Shown: positions 27,312 to 36,360, numbered from the stretch's first letter. The stretch: 64,000 bases of DNA from an uncultured Candidatus Peribacteria bacterium (GCA_964608325.1 CAZSMX010000006.1:1426-65425); one strand, 5' to 3'. Numbers and translations: made by a program. The notes: generated from the sequence alone by a model not told the origin.

Positions 27312-27809
27312 ATGACGCGATCCAAAGAGCAGGTATTTTCCTTGGTCGAAGGTCTCCTTGCCGAAACGGGCCTTCCCGTCGTCGCGAAAGACGATGCACG
27401 TCCTTGGGGCGGCTTCTTCGTCATCGACGAGGCGCATGCCGCGGACTTTATGAAGAAGTTTTTTCCGAGGGAGGATCCCGCGCAGTTCGCGGGAAAGAAG
27501 ATCAGCCCGAAGATGCTGCTCGTGGCGCCGAAGATGCGGCTCTCCTGGCAGTACCACCATCGCCGCGCGGAACTCTGGCGCGTGTATGAAGGCGAGGTGT
27601 TCGTGATGATGAGCGACACCGACGACGAAACCGAGCCGAAGAAATTCGTGCCCGGAGATCTCGTTCGCCTGAAGCAAGGGGAGCGTCACCGATTGATTGG
27701 CGCGGACGGCTGGGGGATCGTCGCGGAGATCTGGCAGCACACGGATCCGAACAATTCCAGCGACGAAAACGACATCGTGCGTGTGCAGGATGATTTCGGG
27801 AGGGGGTAA
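27312..27809 (+). CDS. cupin-fold protein, type II phosphomannose isomerase-like
   Basis: RPWGGF...SWQYHHRRAELWRV.EGEV...GERHRL cupin motifs. Confidence 0.7.
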   Translation: MTRSKEQVFSLVEGLLAETGLPVVAKDDARPWGGFFVIDEAHAADFMKKFFPREDPAQFAGKKISPKMLLVAPKMRLSWQYHHRRAELWRVYEGEVFVMMSDTDDETEPKKFVPGDLVRLKQGERHRLIGADGWGIVAEIWQHTDPNNSSDENDIVRVQDDFGRG

Positions 27810-27862
27810 GGGGGAGGGTAATGGAGCTTCCTATGTGAGCGTATCAGGAACTGGTATTAATA

Positions 27863-27891
27863 TTGACAAAATTTATAAATTTGATATTTTA
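27863..27891 (+). promoter_or_regulatory. candidate promoter (TTGACA, 17-nt spacer, ATTTTA) for the Gly-rich peptide gene
   Basis: TTGACA at 27863-27868 in an AT-rich stretch. The -10 is weak. Confidence 0.35.
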
Positions 27892-27925
27892 ATTAAAATT
27901 GCTGAAGATGCATTAAGACGGTCTT

Positions 27926-28072
27926 ATGCCAGCAATTCAAAGCTCTTTCAGTGGAGGTCATATGCCTGGTGGCAATGGCGGAAACGGAACGGGTTCCGGT
28001 GGTCAAGGTGGCGGCGGTGGCCGCGGTGGCTCTGGAACCGGTAGCGGCCAAAGTGGAGGCCGTGGAAAGTAG
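27926..28072 (+). CDS. 48-aa glycine-rich peptide
   Basis: ATG..TAG reading MPAIQSSFSGGHMPGGNGGNGTGSGGQGGGGGRGGSGTGSGQSGGRGK. GGN codon periodicity. Flanked by a promoter-like element and a strong terminator. Too short for the ORF track. Confidence 0.5.
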   Translation: MPAIQSSFSGGHMPGGNGGNGTGSGGQGGGGGRGGSGTGSGQSGGRGK

Positions 28073-28110
28073 TCTAGTGTAGGAATCCTCGTGATTCTTC
28101 CACGCCAAGG

Positions 28111-28146
28111 TCCCCGGTTAGCAATAACCGGGGACTGTTTTATCTC
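28111..28146 (+). terminator. rho-independent terminator after the Gly-rich peptide gene
   Basis: 10-bp stem tccccggtta/taaccgggga with gcaa loop, followed by ctgtttta. Confidence 0.85.
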
Positions 28147-28174
28147 TCATTTCTATTTGGGTATAATCCCATCT

Positions 28175-28945
28175 ATGTCAGCAATCAGTCTTTCGAAATT
28201 GGCACAGGAAAAACGTGCATCCATTGTGCGGATCGTGTGCATGCGCGGTAAAAAAATCGCCATGACCGGCACTGGTTTTTTTATTGATGACTCCTATGTT
28301 CTGACATGCGCGCATGTCTTGCTTTGCAATGCGAATATAGCTTCTCTTCTAGGGGCAGGAGATAAATTAACTAAAGAATCCACATCTTTGGAACAGAAAT
28401 TAAAGACGCACTTTCTAAAATCAAAAATCACCGTTTTTGTGGAAACTGAGAAAGGAAAGAGAATGAAGGCAAAGTCAGTGTTATTCAATGGTTCAATGGA
28501 TGTTGGTTTGGTTTCCATTCAAAGTCGCGGCGTTCCCGTTGAAGTGAAAATGCGTCCGACAAAAATAGGGGAAACGATAATGTCCCTCGGTTTTCCTTAC
28601 GCAATACAAACTGCAGACGATAAGTTCCCTTTTTCGGCGGTGCAGGGGAATGTCATGTCTCAACCGAAGGTTCAAATCGGGGGCTACTTGCGTCGATCAT
28701 TCACACAAATTTATTGTCCTTCGATGGGTGGTGCTTCCGGATCCCCGGTTTTTGATGAGCAGGGCTTTGTTATTGGCATCCTAAATGGCCAGATGAGATG
28801 GGGGGATGACAATTTTTTGTTTAGAGATGAAGACGCAAAAGATTCATCTAAAATAATAAAGGATGCGTTTCATGTGCCACTTCCCTATGGTTTCATTACC
28901 CCCCTTCAGAAAATTTGGCCCAAAGTCGAGAGTCTGAAGTCATAA
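28175..28945 (+). CDS. trypsin-like (S1/Trypsin_2) serine protease without signal peptide
   Basis: Catalytic triad contexts LTCAHV, MDVGLVSI and MGGASGSPVF. TATAAT at 28162-28167 lies just upstream of the ATG. Low-GC gene. Confidence 0.8.
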   Translation: MSAISLSKLAQEKRASIVRIVCMRGKKIAMTGTGFFIDDSYVLTCAHVLLCNANIASLLGAGDKLTKESTSLEQKLKTHFLKSKITVFVETEKGKRMKAKSVLFNGSMDVGLVSIQSRGVPVEVKMRPTKIGETIMSLGFPYAIQTADDKFPFSAVQGNVMSQPKVQIGGYLRRSFTQIYCPSMGGASGSPVFDEQGFVIGILNGQMRWGDDNFLFRDEDAKDSSKIIKDAFHVPLPYGFITPLQKIWPKVESLKS

Positions 28946-28958
28946 TAATTTTTTTTAG

Positions 28959-29083
28959 TGGAGCCGACGACCGGATTTGAACCGGTGATCCGCCTTAGGC
29001 GGATTTACGATACCTATGAGCTGCGCTTTGGTTATTTCAGAACGTCTTTGCAAGCAAAGACGTAGCAACTGAGCTACGTCGGC
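28959..29083 (-). tRNA. tRNA-Thr(CGU)-like unit 1: D-loop insertion plus altered anticodon-stem/variable region (possible pseudogene or novel tRNA-like RNA)
   Basis: Same acceptor, T arm, CCA and ATCGTAA loop as the canonical copy. 47 nt replace the 6-nt D-loop segment, and ACCTAGGGTC is replaced by the hairpin ATCCGCCTAAGGCGGATC. Confidence 0.5.
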
Positions 29084-29101
29084 TTACTAAGTGGTGAGTG
29101 A

Positions 29102-29218
29102 TGGAGCCGACGACCGGATTTGAACCGGTGACCCTAGGTTTACGATACCTATGAGCTGCGCTTTGGTTATTTTAGAACGTCTTTGCAAGCAAAGACGTAG
29201 CAACTGAGCTACGTCGGC
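29102..29218 (-). tRNA. tRNA-Thr(CGU)-like unit 2 with net 41-nt D-loop insertion (possible pseudogene or novel tRNA-like RNA)
   Basis: Identical to the canonical copy except that GTAGAG is replaced by CTACGTCTTTGCTTGCAAAGACGTTCTAAAATAACCAAAGCGCAGCT. Confidence 0.5.
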
Positions 29219-29235
29219 TTTTGAGTGGTGAGTGA

Positions 29236-29311
29236 TGGAGCCGACGACCGGATTTGAACCGGTGACCCTAGGTTTACGATACCTATGCTCTACCAACTGA
29301 GCTACGTCGGC
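29236..29311 (-). tRNA. tRNA-Thr (anticodon CGU), CCA encoded
   Basis: GCCGACGTAGCTCAGTTGGTAGAGCATAGGTATCGTAAACCTAGGGTCACCGGTTCAAATCCGGTCGTCGGCTCCA folds as a 76-nt cloverleaf. Confidence 0.95.
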
Positions 29312-29458
29312 GTATTTGGTGCGCTGGTGCAAAAGGAGAATCCGTTCCGTTCCCTTTGGGAACCGAAGGGAGCCCTATTGTGGGTGTTTTGCCGTTGCGG
29401 GGCAAGGTTTTTTCAGATGCTTCGGCCCCTTTGTCCATGGGTCCCATACAATGGCTTT

Positions 29459-30544
29459 ATGAAGCCAGAAACGGCACTTCTCTGGTGGTATCTTCAAATC
29501 CTTCCCAATCGGAGGAGGTATGACATGCTGATAGAACGCTTCGGAAGCCTAGATGAGGCGACTGCGAATATGACGTCACGCCTCTTGGGGGAACTGGGGT
29601 GTCGCCAAGATACCATCCTGGATATCTTCCGGAAGAAGGAGGAGTTCGATGTCGGGAAATTCGGGGATGAACTGGCGAGGAAAAATATCGTTCTGATCTC
29701 TCTGGAAGACGACGCGTATCCCGAGCAACTGAAAACGATCGACGACGCGCCCGTGTTCATGAGTTACCACGGTGACATATCTATTCTCACCCAACCTCTT
29801 ATTGGTTTGGTGGGAACGCGCAACATGTCGTCGTACGGGAAGCGTGTCGTGGGGTCCTTCGTGCCCGATCTCGTCCGATGCGGTGTGGTGACCGTCAGCG
29901 GGTTGGCTCTCGGGATCGATGCGGAGGTCGCGCGCGAAACGATGGTCGCGGGAGGGAAGACGGTCGCGGTGCTGGGCGGGGGACTCAGCGCCATCTACCC
30001 GAAGACGAACGAATTGCTCGCACGAGAGATCGTCGCGTCGGGGGGACTCCTTATCAGCGAGTTCCCGCTCCACGCGACGCCGGAGCGTTTCACCTTTCCG
30101 TCGCGCAACCGCATCATCGCCGGGCTCAGTCTTGGCACGGTCGTGCTGGAGGCCGCGGAAAAATCCGGTGCGATCATCACGGCGCAGCTCGCACTCGACT
30201 ACAACCGAGGCGTATTCGCGGTGCCGGGTTCCGTCTTCGATCCCGGCAGTCCCGGTTGCCATATGCTTATAACCAAGGGGGAGGCCAAGCTCGTCTCCTG
30301 CGCTCGCGATATCCTTTTGGAAGTAGGAATAATGGCTTCGGATAGGGCTGAAGCCATATCGTTCGATTCTTCATCCGTCGAAGAGGAAGCGCTTTGGAAT
30401 ACGTTAAGCTCGTTACCGCAGACGATGGACGACTTGGTGGAGCGGTCGAATCTCTCAGTCGGTACGGTTTCCGCGGCACTGACCGTGATGGAGTTGCAAG
30501 GCGTGGTGAAAAATATCGGCGGAGGGCAGTGGGTGAAAAACTGA
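29459..30544 (+). CDS. dprA: DNA-processing protein DprA (Smf)
   Basis: [12 protein letters not shown]...[14 protein letters not shown]...[12 protein letters not shown]...[10 protein letters not shown] blocks. The upstream ORF extension overlaps the tRNA and is rejected. Confidence 0.9.
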   Translation: MKPETALLWWYLQILPNRRRYDMLIERFGSLDEATANMTSRLLGELGCRQDTILDIFRKKEEFDVGKFGDELARKNIVLISLEDDAYPEQLKTIDDAPVFMSYHGDISILTQPLIGLVGTRNMSSYGKRVVGSFVPDLVRCGVVTVSGLALGIDAEVARETMVAGGKTVAVLGGGLSAIYPKTNELLAREIVASGGLLISEFPLHATPERFTFPSRNRIIAGLSLGTVVLEAAEKSGAIITAQLALDYNRGVFAVPGSVFDPGSPGCHMLITKGEAKLVSCARDILLEVGIMASDRAEAISFDSSSVEEEALWNTLSSLPQTMDDLVERSNLSVGTVSAALTVMELQGVVKNIGGGQWVKN

Positions 30545-30590
30545 CGGTTCCCTTTTTCGGAAAGTCCGTTGCGGGTATGCTCCGCTCACT

Positions 30591-31265
30591 ATGAAGAAAC
30601 TCATCGCAGCAAATTGGAAAATGAACGCGGCTCCCGCAGGATTCGAATCCGCCTCGGCGTTTCGCTCCACAGACTCGGCGGACGTCGTCGTCTTTCCTTC
30701 CGCCCTCGACATCCATGCCGTCGTGAAAGCGGGCATCGTCACGGGCGGACAGGCATCGCGCCCCGAAGAAAAAGGTGCCTTCACGGGCGACGTGAGCATC
30801 CATGCCCTGAAGAACGCCGGTTGCGCGTACGTACTCTGCGGACACAGCGAGCGCAGGCAGCATCACCATGAAACCGACGAAGACATCGCCAAGCAGGCGG
30901 ACGCCGCCAAGGCGCTCGGCCTTACTCCTATCCTTTGCATCGGCGAGACCCTTGCGGAGCGCGAGGCCGGCAAGGAAGAGGAGGTCGTCGGCAAGCAGCT
31001 GTCGCTCGCGAAGGACGTTCCCGTCGTCGCCTACGAGCCCGTGTGGGCCATTGGCACCGGCAAGACAGCCACCACCGAGCAGGTCGCCGCGATGCACGCG
31101 TTCATCCGTTCCATCGTAGGCGAGGGCACGCGCATCCTGTACGGCGGATCCGTGAAGCCGGATAACGCGAGGGAGCTGTTGTCCCAGCCAAACGTCGACG
31201 GCGCCCTTGTAGGAGGCGCATCTTTGGACGCCAATTCCTTTGCATCCATCGTCGCGGGCGTATAA
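30591..31265 (+). CDS. tpiA: triosephosphate isomerase
   Basis: AANWKMN, CGHSERR and [11 protein letters not shown] motifs. Confidence 0.95.
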   Translation: MKKLIAANWKMNAAPAGFESASAFRSTDSADVVVFPSALDIHAVVKAGIVTGGQASRPEEKGAFTGDVSIHALKNAGCAYVLCGHSERRQHHHETDEDIAKQADAAKALGLTPILCIGETLAEREAGKEEEVVGKQLSLAKDVPVVAYEPVWAIGTGKTATTEQVAAMHAFIRSIVGEGTRILYGGSVKPDNARELLSQPNVDGALVGGASLDANSFASIVAGV

Positions 31266-31292
31266 TCAGGTCTTATCCTTTCCTTCTTTGAC

Positions 31293-32033
31293 ATGGGATT
31301 CCTGATTCCTATCATCATCGTCTTCGTTCTGGGTTGCATCCGTCAGATCAACCAGTACGAACGCGGCATCCTGTTCACCATGGGAAAATATTCCCGCATG
31401 TGGGAGCCGGGTTGGCACATCCTCATTCCCGTTTTCCAGTCGCTCAAGAAAGTGGACGTGCGCGTGAAAGCCGTCGACGTGCCGGATCAGGAGGCGATCA
31501 CCAAGGATAACATTCCCATCCGCATCAACGCCGTCATTTACTTCCGCGTGAATGACGCCGGCAAGGCGGTTATCGAAGTCGAGGATTTCTTCAATGCCGT
31601 TGGCCAGCTGGCGCAGACGACGATGCGTAATGCCGTTGGAGAGGTAACGCTCAATGAACTGCTTTCGAATAAGAAGCAGGTGAGCGAAAACATCAAGGAT
31701 GCGGTGGATAGCGTTTCCGAGAAATGGGGTGTGGATGTTCAGTCGATGGAGCTCAAGGATATCGTCCTTCCGGAAACCCTGAAGCGCACGATCGCCAAGG
31801 TTGCCGAGGCGGAACGCGAGAAGCAGGCCGTCATCATCAACTCCGAAGGAGAGGTTGGTGCCGCAGCGAACATGGCGAAGGCCGCGGAAATGCTCGCCAC
31901 CGTTCCTGGCGCGTTGCATCTGCGCACGCTGCAGAGCATCAACGATATCAGTTCCGACCAGTCGAACACGACGGTGTGGATGGTGCCGGTCGAAGTGCTG
32001 AAAGCGATCGAAGGGCTGGCGAAGAAGCAATAG
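31293..32033 (+). CDS. SPFH/band-7 (stomatin/prohibitin-like) membrane protein
   Basis: N-terminal TM followed by an SPFH core (QYERGILFTMGKY..., AEAEREKQA). Confidence 0.85.
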   Translation: MGFLIPIIIVFVLGCIRQINQYERGILFTMGKYSRMWEPGWHILIPVFQSLKKVDVRVKAVDVPDQEAITKDNIPIRINAVIYFRVNDAGKAVIEVEDFFNAVGQLAQTTMRNAVGEVTLNELLSNKKQVSENIKDAVDSVSEKWGVDVQSMELKDIVLPETLKRTIAKVAEAEREKQAVIINSEGEVGAAANMAKAAEMLATVPGALHLRTLQSINDISSDQSNTTVWMVPVEVLKAIEGLAKKQ

Positions 32034-32044
32034 AACGACATACG

Positions 32045-32139
32045 AATCACCAATAATCAATGATCAATCATCAATGAAGGAATACAAAACATTCCAACAT
32101 TGGTGATTGGTTATAGGTGATTGATCATTTTCTTTTTAT
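32045..32139 (+). terminator. long imperfect inverted repeat of (ATCAAT)-like units with T-run
   Basis: The left arm aatcaccaataatcaatgatcaatcatcaatg and right arm cattggtgattggttataggtgattgatcatt contain complementary blocks (catcaatg/cattggtg; atcaccaat/attggtgat). The overall alignment is imperfect and partly rearranged. Followed by ttctttttatt. Confidence 0.5.
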
Positions 32140-32178
32140 TGGATGTACACATGCACCCTCCTGTATGCTTCTTTTATT

Positions 32179-32625
32179 ATGAGCATCACGAAAGTCGTTC
32201 TCGCCTCCGACCATGCCGGCTTCCACCTGAAGGAAGAGATCAAAGAGTACCTGGAAGAGAAGGGGATCGAAGTAGAAGACGTCGGCACGGATTCGACGGA
32301 TCCCGTCGACTATCCCGCCATCATGCGCGCTGGAGCGCGGATCGTGGTGGACGAAGGCGTGCCCGGGATCTTCTTCGGAGGCAGCGGCAATGGAGAAGTA
32401 ATGGCAGCCAATAAGGTGAAGGGGATTCGCGCAGCGGTGTGCTGGTCCGAGGAATCCGCCCGACTCGCACGCGCTCATAACGATGCAAACGTGATGAGCC
32501 TTGGCGCACGCCTTATCGAACCCGATCTCGCGCGTGCCTTGGTCGATATCTTCCTTACGACAGCATTCGAAGGAGGACGCCATATCGCACGCATCAACGA
32601 TCTCGATACCCCCCTCGCATCATGA
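32179..32625 (+). CDS. rpiB: ribose-5-phosphate isomerase B
   Basis: VVLASDHAGFHLKEEIKEYL...GGSGNGEVMAANK...ARAHNDANV motifs. Confidence 0.93.
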   Translation: MSITKVVLASDHAGFHLKEEIKEYLEEKGIEVEDVGTDSTDPVDYPAIMRAGARIVVDEGVPGIFFGGSGNGEVMAANKVKGIRAAVCWSEESARLARAHNDANVMSLGARLIEPDLARALVDIFLTTAFEGGRHIARINDLDTPLAS

Positions 32626-33254
32626 AAGCCCTTGTCGCCCCCTCCATCCTCGCGGCCGATCTCAGCCACCTCCAAGACGAAGTCGACAGCGTTTCGTCCG
32701 CGGACTGGTTGCAAGTGGACGTGATGGACGGGCACTTCGTTCCGAACCTTTCCTTCGGCGCACCCATCCTGAAGCACCTGCGCACCACCCTTCCCCTCGA
32801 TATCCACCTAATGGTGGAGAACCCGGAGGACCGCATCGAGGAATTCCTGGAGCTTAAAGTAAAGAACATCACCTTCCATGCCGAGGCGGTGCACCAGACG
32901 GATTCAAGAAGAGCCCTTATACAAGCCATTCGTGACGGGGATGCTACTGCGGGGATCGCATTGCGCCCGGCGACCCCATTGGAAGATATCGACGATGTTG
33001 TCGAGGACGTGGACCTGGTGCTGATCATGTCCGTGGAGCCCGGTTTCTCCGGCCAGCCGTTTGACCAGTCTGTCCTGGCGAAAGTCGTGAAGCTGCGCGA
33101 ACGATTCCCGAACCTTATGATCCAGGTGGATGGCGGGGTGAACGTCGAGACCGCGGCGCTATGCCGCGAGGCGGGCGCGAACAACCTTGTGGCGGGCAAT
33201 GCCGTATTCCTCGCTTCGGATAGGGCCGATGCCATTTCCAAAATTCGGGGATGA
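32622..33254 (+). CDS. rpe: ribulose-phosphate 3-epimerase
   Basis: PSILAADL...VDVMDGHFVPNLSFG...MSVEPGFSGQ motifs. Confidence 0.95.
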   Translation: MKALVAPSILAADLSHLQDEVDSVSSADWLQVDVMDGHFVPNLSFGAPILKHLRTTLPLDIHLMVENPEDRIEEFLELKVKNITFHAEAVHQTDSRRALIQAIRDGDATAGIALRPATPLEDIDDVVEDVDLVLIMSVEPGFSGQPFDQSVLAKVVKLRERFPNLMIQVDGGVNVETAALCREAGANNLVAGNAVFLASDRADAISKIRG

Positions 33255-33736
33255 AAAAGATTATTCCACTTATTGCAATCGTTCTTCTCTCTGGATGCGT
33301 GACACAAACGGAGCCAATGGCGCAGTCGGAGTCGTCATCTTCGTCCGCTCCGTACATCAGGGGTGTGGCGCTCTACGAACCGGGTAAGGAAATGGATCAG
33401 GTCATGCTCGGTGCAGAAATCGTGGACACGCCTGAGCAGCGCGAGAAGGGCATGATGTTCCGGACGGATTTCGGTGACGCGCAAGGTATGTTGTTCTTCT
33501 TCGACGAAGAACAGCCTTTATCTTTCTGGATGAAGAACACGCTGATTCCCCTGGATGTCCTGTTCTTCGACGATGAAGCGACATTCGTATCATTCTCGAC
33601 CATGGTCCCGTGCGAATCCGATCCTTGCCCGATCTACTCATCCGAAGAACCGGCGATGTCGGCTCTGGAAGTACCTGCGGGGTTTGTGAAAAAACACGGG
33701 ATCGGCAAAGGGTGGAAGATTCGGCTGATGGAGTGA
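33251..33736 (+). CDS. DUF192 family protein (lipoprotein-like signal)
   Basis: LLSGC lipobox; EKGMMFR...GMLFFF...FWMKNTLIPLDVLFFD. Confidence 0.8.
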   Translation: MKKIIPLIAIVLLSGCVTQTEPMAQSESSSSSAPYIRGVALYEPGKEMDQVMLGAEIVDTPEQREKGMMFRTDFGDAQGMLFFFDEEQPLSFWMKNTLIPLDVLFFDDEATFVSFSTMVPCESDPCPIYSSEEPAMSALEVPAGFVKKHGIGKGWKIRLME

Positions 33737-33746
33737 TACTGGATGC

Positions 33747-34226
33747 ATGAACGCAACGGTCGCGCATGCATGGAGGTCCGTCCTGTCGGTACGAGATGAG
33801 ATTCTCAGGATCCTCCTGTTGGCTCTGGGATTTTGCGCGGGCATGCCCGTGGGGATTGCTGCGGCGTTCCTCATCCAATCCGATGCGATTGCGTTCACCG
33901 TGGCTGATGGGATACCCCGGATCCCGACCGTCATCATCGAGGCCGCGCCGAACGGGACGGTAGAGGGGCGGGTGAGCGGCGACGCCCGGTTGCTCCTCGG
34001 AAACGACCTGGTGGCCGCCGGCAGCGGGTCCTTCCGCGGCCTGATGCAGGGCAGTCTGCCCGTGGTCGTCGAGGTGGCCGTCCCGCCCGGCATGCAATAC
34101 GTCGCTTCGAAAACAGGCAAGAAGTATTACGACGTGACCTCCGCCATGGGGAATCGCCTTCTGCCCAAGAACCGCGTGTATTTTCCGGATCGGCAATCCG
34201 CCGAAGCGGCCGGATACAAGCCGTAA
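33747..34226 (+). CDS. hypothetical membrane-anchored protein with C-terminal Ada/sunset-like motif
   Basis: TM ILLLALGFCAGMPVGIAAAFLI. C-terminal KKYYD....N.VYF.D..SAEAAGYKP. Confidence 0.5.
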   Translation: MNATVAHAWRSVLSVRDEILRILLLALGFCAGMPVGIAAAFLIQSDAIAFTVADGIPRIPTVIIEAAPNGTVEGRVSGDARLLLGNDLVAAGSGSFRGLMQGSLPVVVEVAVPPGMQYVASKTGKKYYDVTSAMGNRLLPKNRVYFPDRQSAEAAGYKP

Positions 34227-34240
34227 AAAAACTCGCCTTG

Positions 34241-36208
34241 ATGCGTGACTATCGCCGAAAACGCGCTACAATGCGGCGTATTCCAATGACGCCGCGCAGA
34301 TCACCGGGTAACCGACAGCAATGGCTCCTGAGCTTACTCCTCTTCGCGTCCCTTTTGTCGTTGTCGTTCTATTATCTTACCGCCCCCGAACGCGGCCAGG
34401 AGGAGCAGTATGCGATGGCCAAGGAAGTTTCCATCAGCGAGATCACCAAGGGGTACAACGAGAATAAATTCAGCAAGATCCTCGTCCGCGACAACAAAGT
34501 CTACGCGACGACGTCCACGGGCGTCGTATTGCAGTCGTACAAGGAGACCCTCGATACCGTCAGCCAGCTCGGCTGGAACAATCCCAGGAACCCGACCGTC
34601 GTGCAGGTGGAGAACCGCGAAGCGGCGAACATGTTTTTCGCCGTCTTGCCCGATCTCCTTTTCTTCGTATTGGTCATAGGAGGAGTGATCTGGCTCTTCC
34701 GGGGCATCTCGCGCAGCCAGAACAACGCCATGTCGTTCGGAAAGTCCCGCGCGCGCGTGGCGGATGCCAAGCAAGTGAAGACGCGTTTCAAGGACGTTGC
34801 GGGCGTGGCGGAGGCGAAGGAAGAGCTTGTCGAAGTCGTCGACTTCCTGAAAGCGCCGAAGAAGTACCTCGATATCGGTGCGAAGATCCCGAAGGGCGTG
34901 TTGCTCGTGGGATCGCCAGGAACGGGTAAGACGTTGCTCGCGCGCGCCGTCGCCGGCGAAGCGGGCGTGCCGTTCTTCTCCATTTCCGGTTCGGAATTCG
35001 TGGAGATGTTCGTCGGCGTGGGAGCCTCCCGCGTCCGCGATCTGTTCGTCCGCGCCAAGCGTAACGCCCCGTGCATCATCTTCATCGACGAAATCGACGC
35101 GGTGGGCCGCCAGCGCGGAGGCGCCGGATTCGGCGGAGGACACGATGAGCGCGAACAGACGTTGAACCAGATCCTTACCGAAATGGACGGTTTCGAGCAG
35201 GGCACGAACGTCATCGTCATGGCCGCCACGAACCGCCCCGACGTTCTCGACAGCGCATTGCTGCGTCCGGGCCGCTTCGACCGCCACGTCTACCTCGATA
35301 AGCCGGACATCGATGCCCGCGAGGAAATCCTGGCCGTCCACGCCCGTAACAAGCCGCTGGCCAAGGGTATCGACCTCAACGCCATCGCGCGCCAGACGGT
35401 GGGTATGACGGGAGCCGATCTGGAGAGCGTCATGAACGAGGCTGCCATCTTCGCTGCCAAGCGCAACCGCAAGAGCATCACGCAGCAGGACATCGTCGAT
35501 GCTTTGGAAAAGGTGAGCATCGGTCCGGAGCGCAAATCCCGCAAGCTGACGCAGAAGGAGAAGGAGATTACCGCGTACCACGAACTCGGCCACGCCATCG
35601 TGGGGCATCTCTGCAAGGAATCCGACAAGCTGCACAAGGTCTCCATCGTCTCGCGCGGCTCCGCGCTGGGCGTCACATGGTTCCTGCCCGAGGAAGACCA
35701 GTACACCACCAGCCGCAATAAATTCCTCGACGAGATCTGCGGGCTCCTCGCAGGACGTGCCGCGGAGAAGCTGATCTTCAACGATATCTCCACGGGCGCC
35801 AGCAACGACATCGAGCGCGCCTCGCAGATCGCCCGCAACATGGCGATGCGCTACGGCATGGATGAGGAGCTTGGGCTCGTGGCCTACGGAGAATCCAACG
35901 GAGCCACGGCAACCGGAATGGATCCACACCTGGCCCGCAACTATTCCGAGGAAAGCGCTCAGAAGATCGATGCGTTCGTGAAGACGACGTTGGACGTCCA
36001 GTACAAGCGCGCCATGGACATGCTCGTAAAGCACGAGGACAAGCTGCGCAGCATCGAGGTGGTGCTGATGAAGGAGGAGACGCTCTCCGCCGAGGAATTC
36101 ATCGAACTCTTCGAAGGCAAGACGTCCGCCGAGGCGATCGAGACGAAGCGCAAGACGAGGAAGAAAGCCATCGCTCCGGTCGAAGGAACGGAGGAGAAGG
36201 AGGTGTGA
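34241..36208 (+). CDS. ftsH: ATP-dependent zinc metalloprotease FtsH
   Basis: Walker [15 protein letters not shown] region and HELGHAIVG zinc motif. Confidence 0.97.
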   Translation: MRDYRRKRATMRRIPMTPRRSPGNRQQWLLSLLLFASLLSLSFYYLTAPERGQEEQYAMAKEVSISEITKGYNENKFSKILVRDNKVYATTSTGVVLQSYKETLDTVSQLGWNNPRNPTVVQVENREAANMFFAVLPDLLFFVLVIGGVIWLFRGISRSQNNAMSFGKSRARVADAKQVKTRFKDVAGVAEAKEELVEVVDFLKAPKKYLDIGAKIPKGVLLVGSPGTGKTLLARAVAGEAGVPFFSISGSEFVEMFVGVGASRVRDLFVRAKRNAPCIIFIDEIDAVGRQRGGAGFGGGHDEREQTLNQILTEMDGFEQGTNVIVMAATNRPDVLDSALLRPGRFDRHVYLDKPDIDAREEILAVHARNKPLAKGIDLNAIARQTVGMTGADLESVMNEAAIFAAKRNRKSITQQDIVDALEKVSIGPERKSRKLTQKEKEITAYHELGHAIVGHLCKESDKLHKVSIVSRGSALGVTWFLPEEDQYTTSRNKFLDEICGLLAGRAAEKLIFNDISTGASNDIERASQIARNMAMRYGMDEELGLVAYGESNGATATGMDPHLARNYSEESAQKIDAFVKTTLDVQYKRAMDMLVKHEDKLRSIEVVLMKEETLSAEEFIELFEGKTSAEAIETKRKTRKKAIAPVEGTEEKEV

Positions 36209-36239
36209 TGCCGCATATATGTGCGACAGATAAAAGAAG

Positions 36240-36323
36240 ATGTACGATGTACGTATGGTTTTGATTGCAATCGCAGTGGTTGTCATTCTTGTTGTTGTGT
36301 TCGTTGTCGTTCGCAACGACTGA
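36240..36323 (+). CDS. candidate 27-aa hydrophobic mini-protein
   Basis: ATG..TGA reading MYDVRMVLIAIAVVVILVVVFVVVRND, 32 nt after the ftsH stop. No other support. Confidence 0.25.
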   Translation: MYDVRMVLIAIAVVVILVVVFVVVRND

Positions 36324-36360
36324 CAATAGTTTGAATGTTCTATGGAGCAGGCAATGGGAG

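Noticed and set aside
27697-28108. Alternative readings of the Gly-rich locus: the 115-aa plus-strand ORF 27697-28044 (W/R-rich) and the 71-aa minus-strand ORF 27893-28108.
   Set aside because: The first overlaps the 3' end of the cupin gene out of frame and turns into WRW/RR low-complexity sequence. The second is an Ala/Thr-rich mirror of the GGN repeat. Neither fits the flanking promoter and terminator orientation as well as the 48-codon frame does.
28959-29311. The periodic ~130-nt repeat with short spacers could be a CRISPR-like array.
   Set aside because: The repeat units are tRNA-Thr-like (acceptor, T arm, CCA). The spacers are 17-18 nt and share sequence with each other. No cas genes are nearby.
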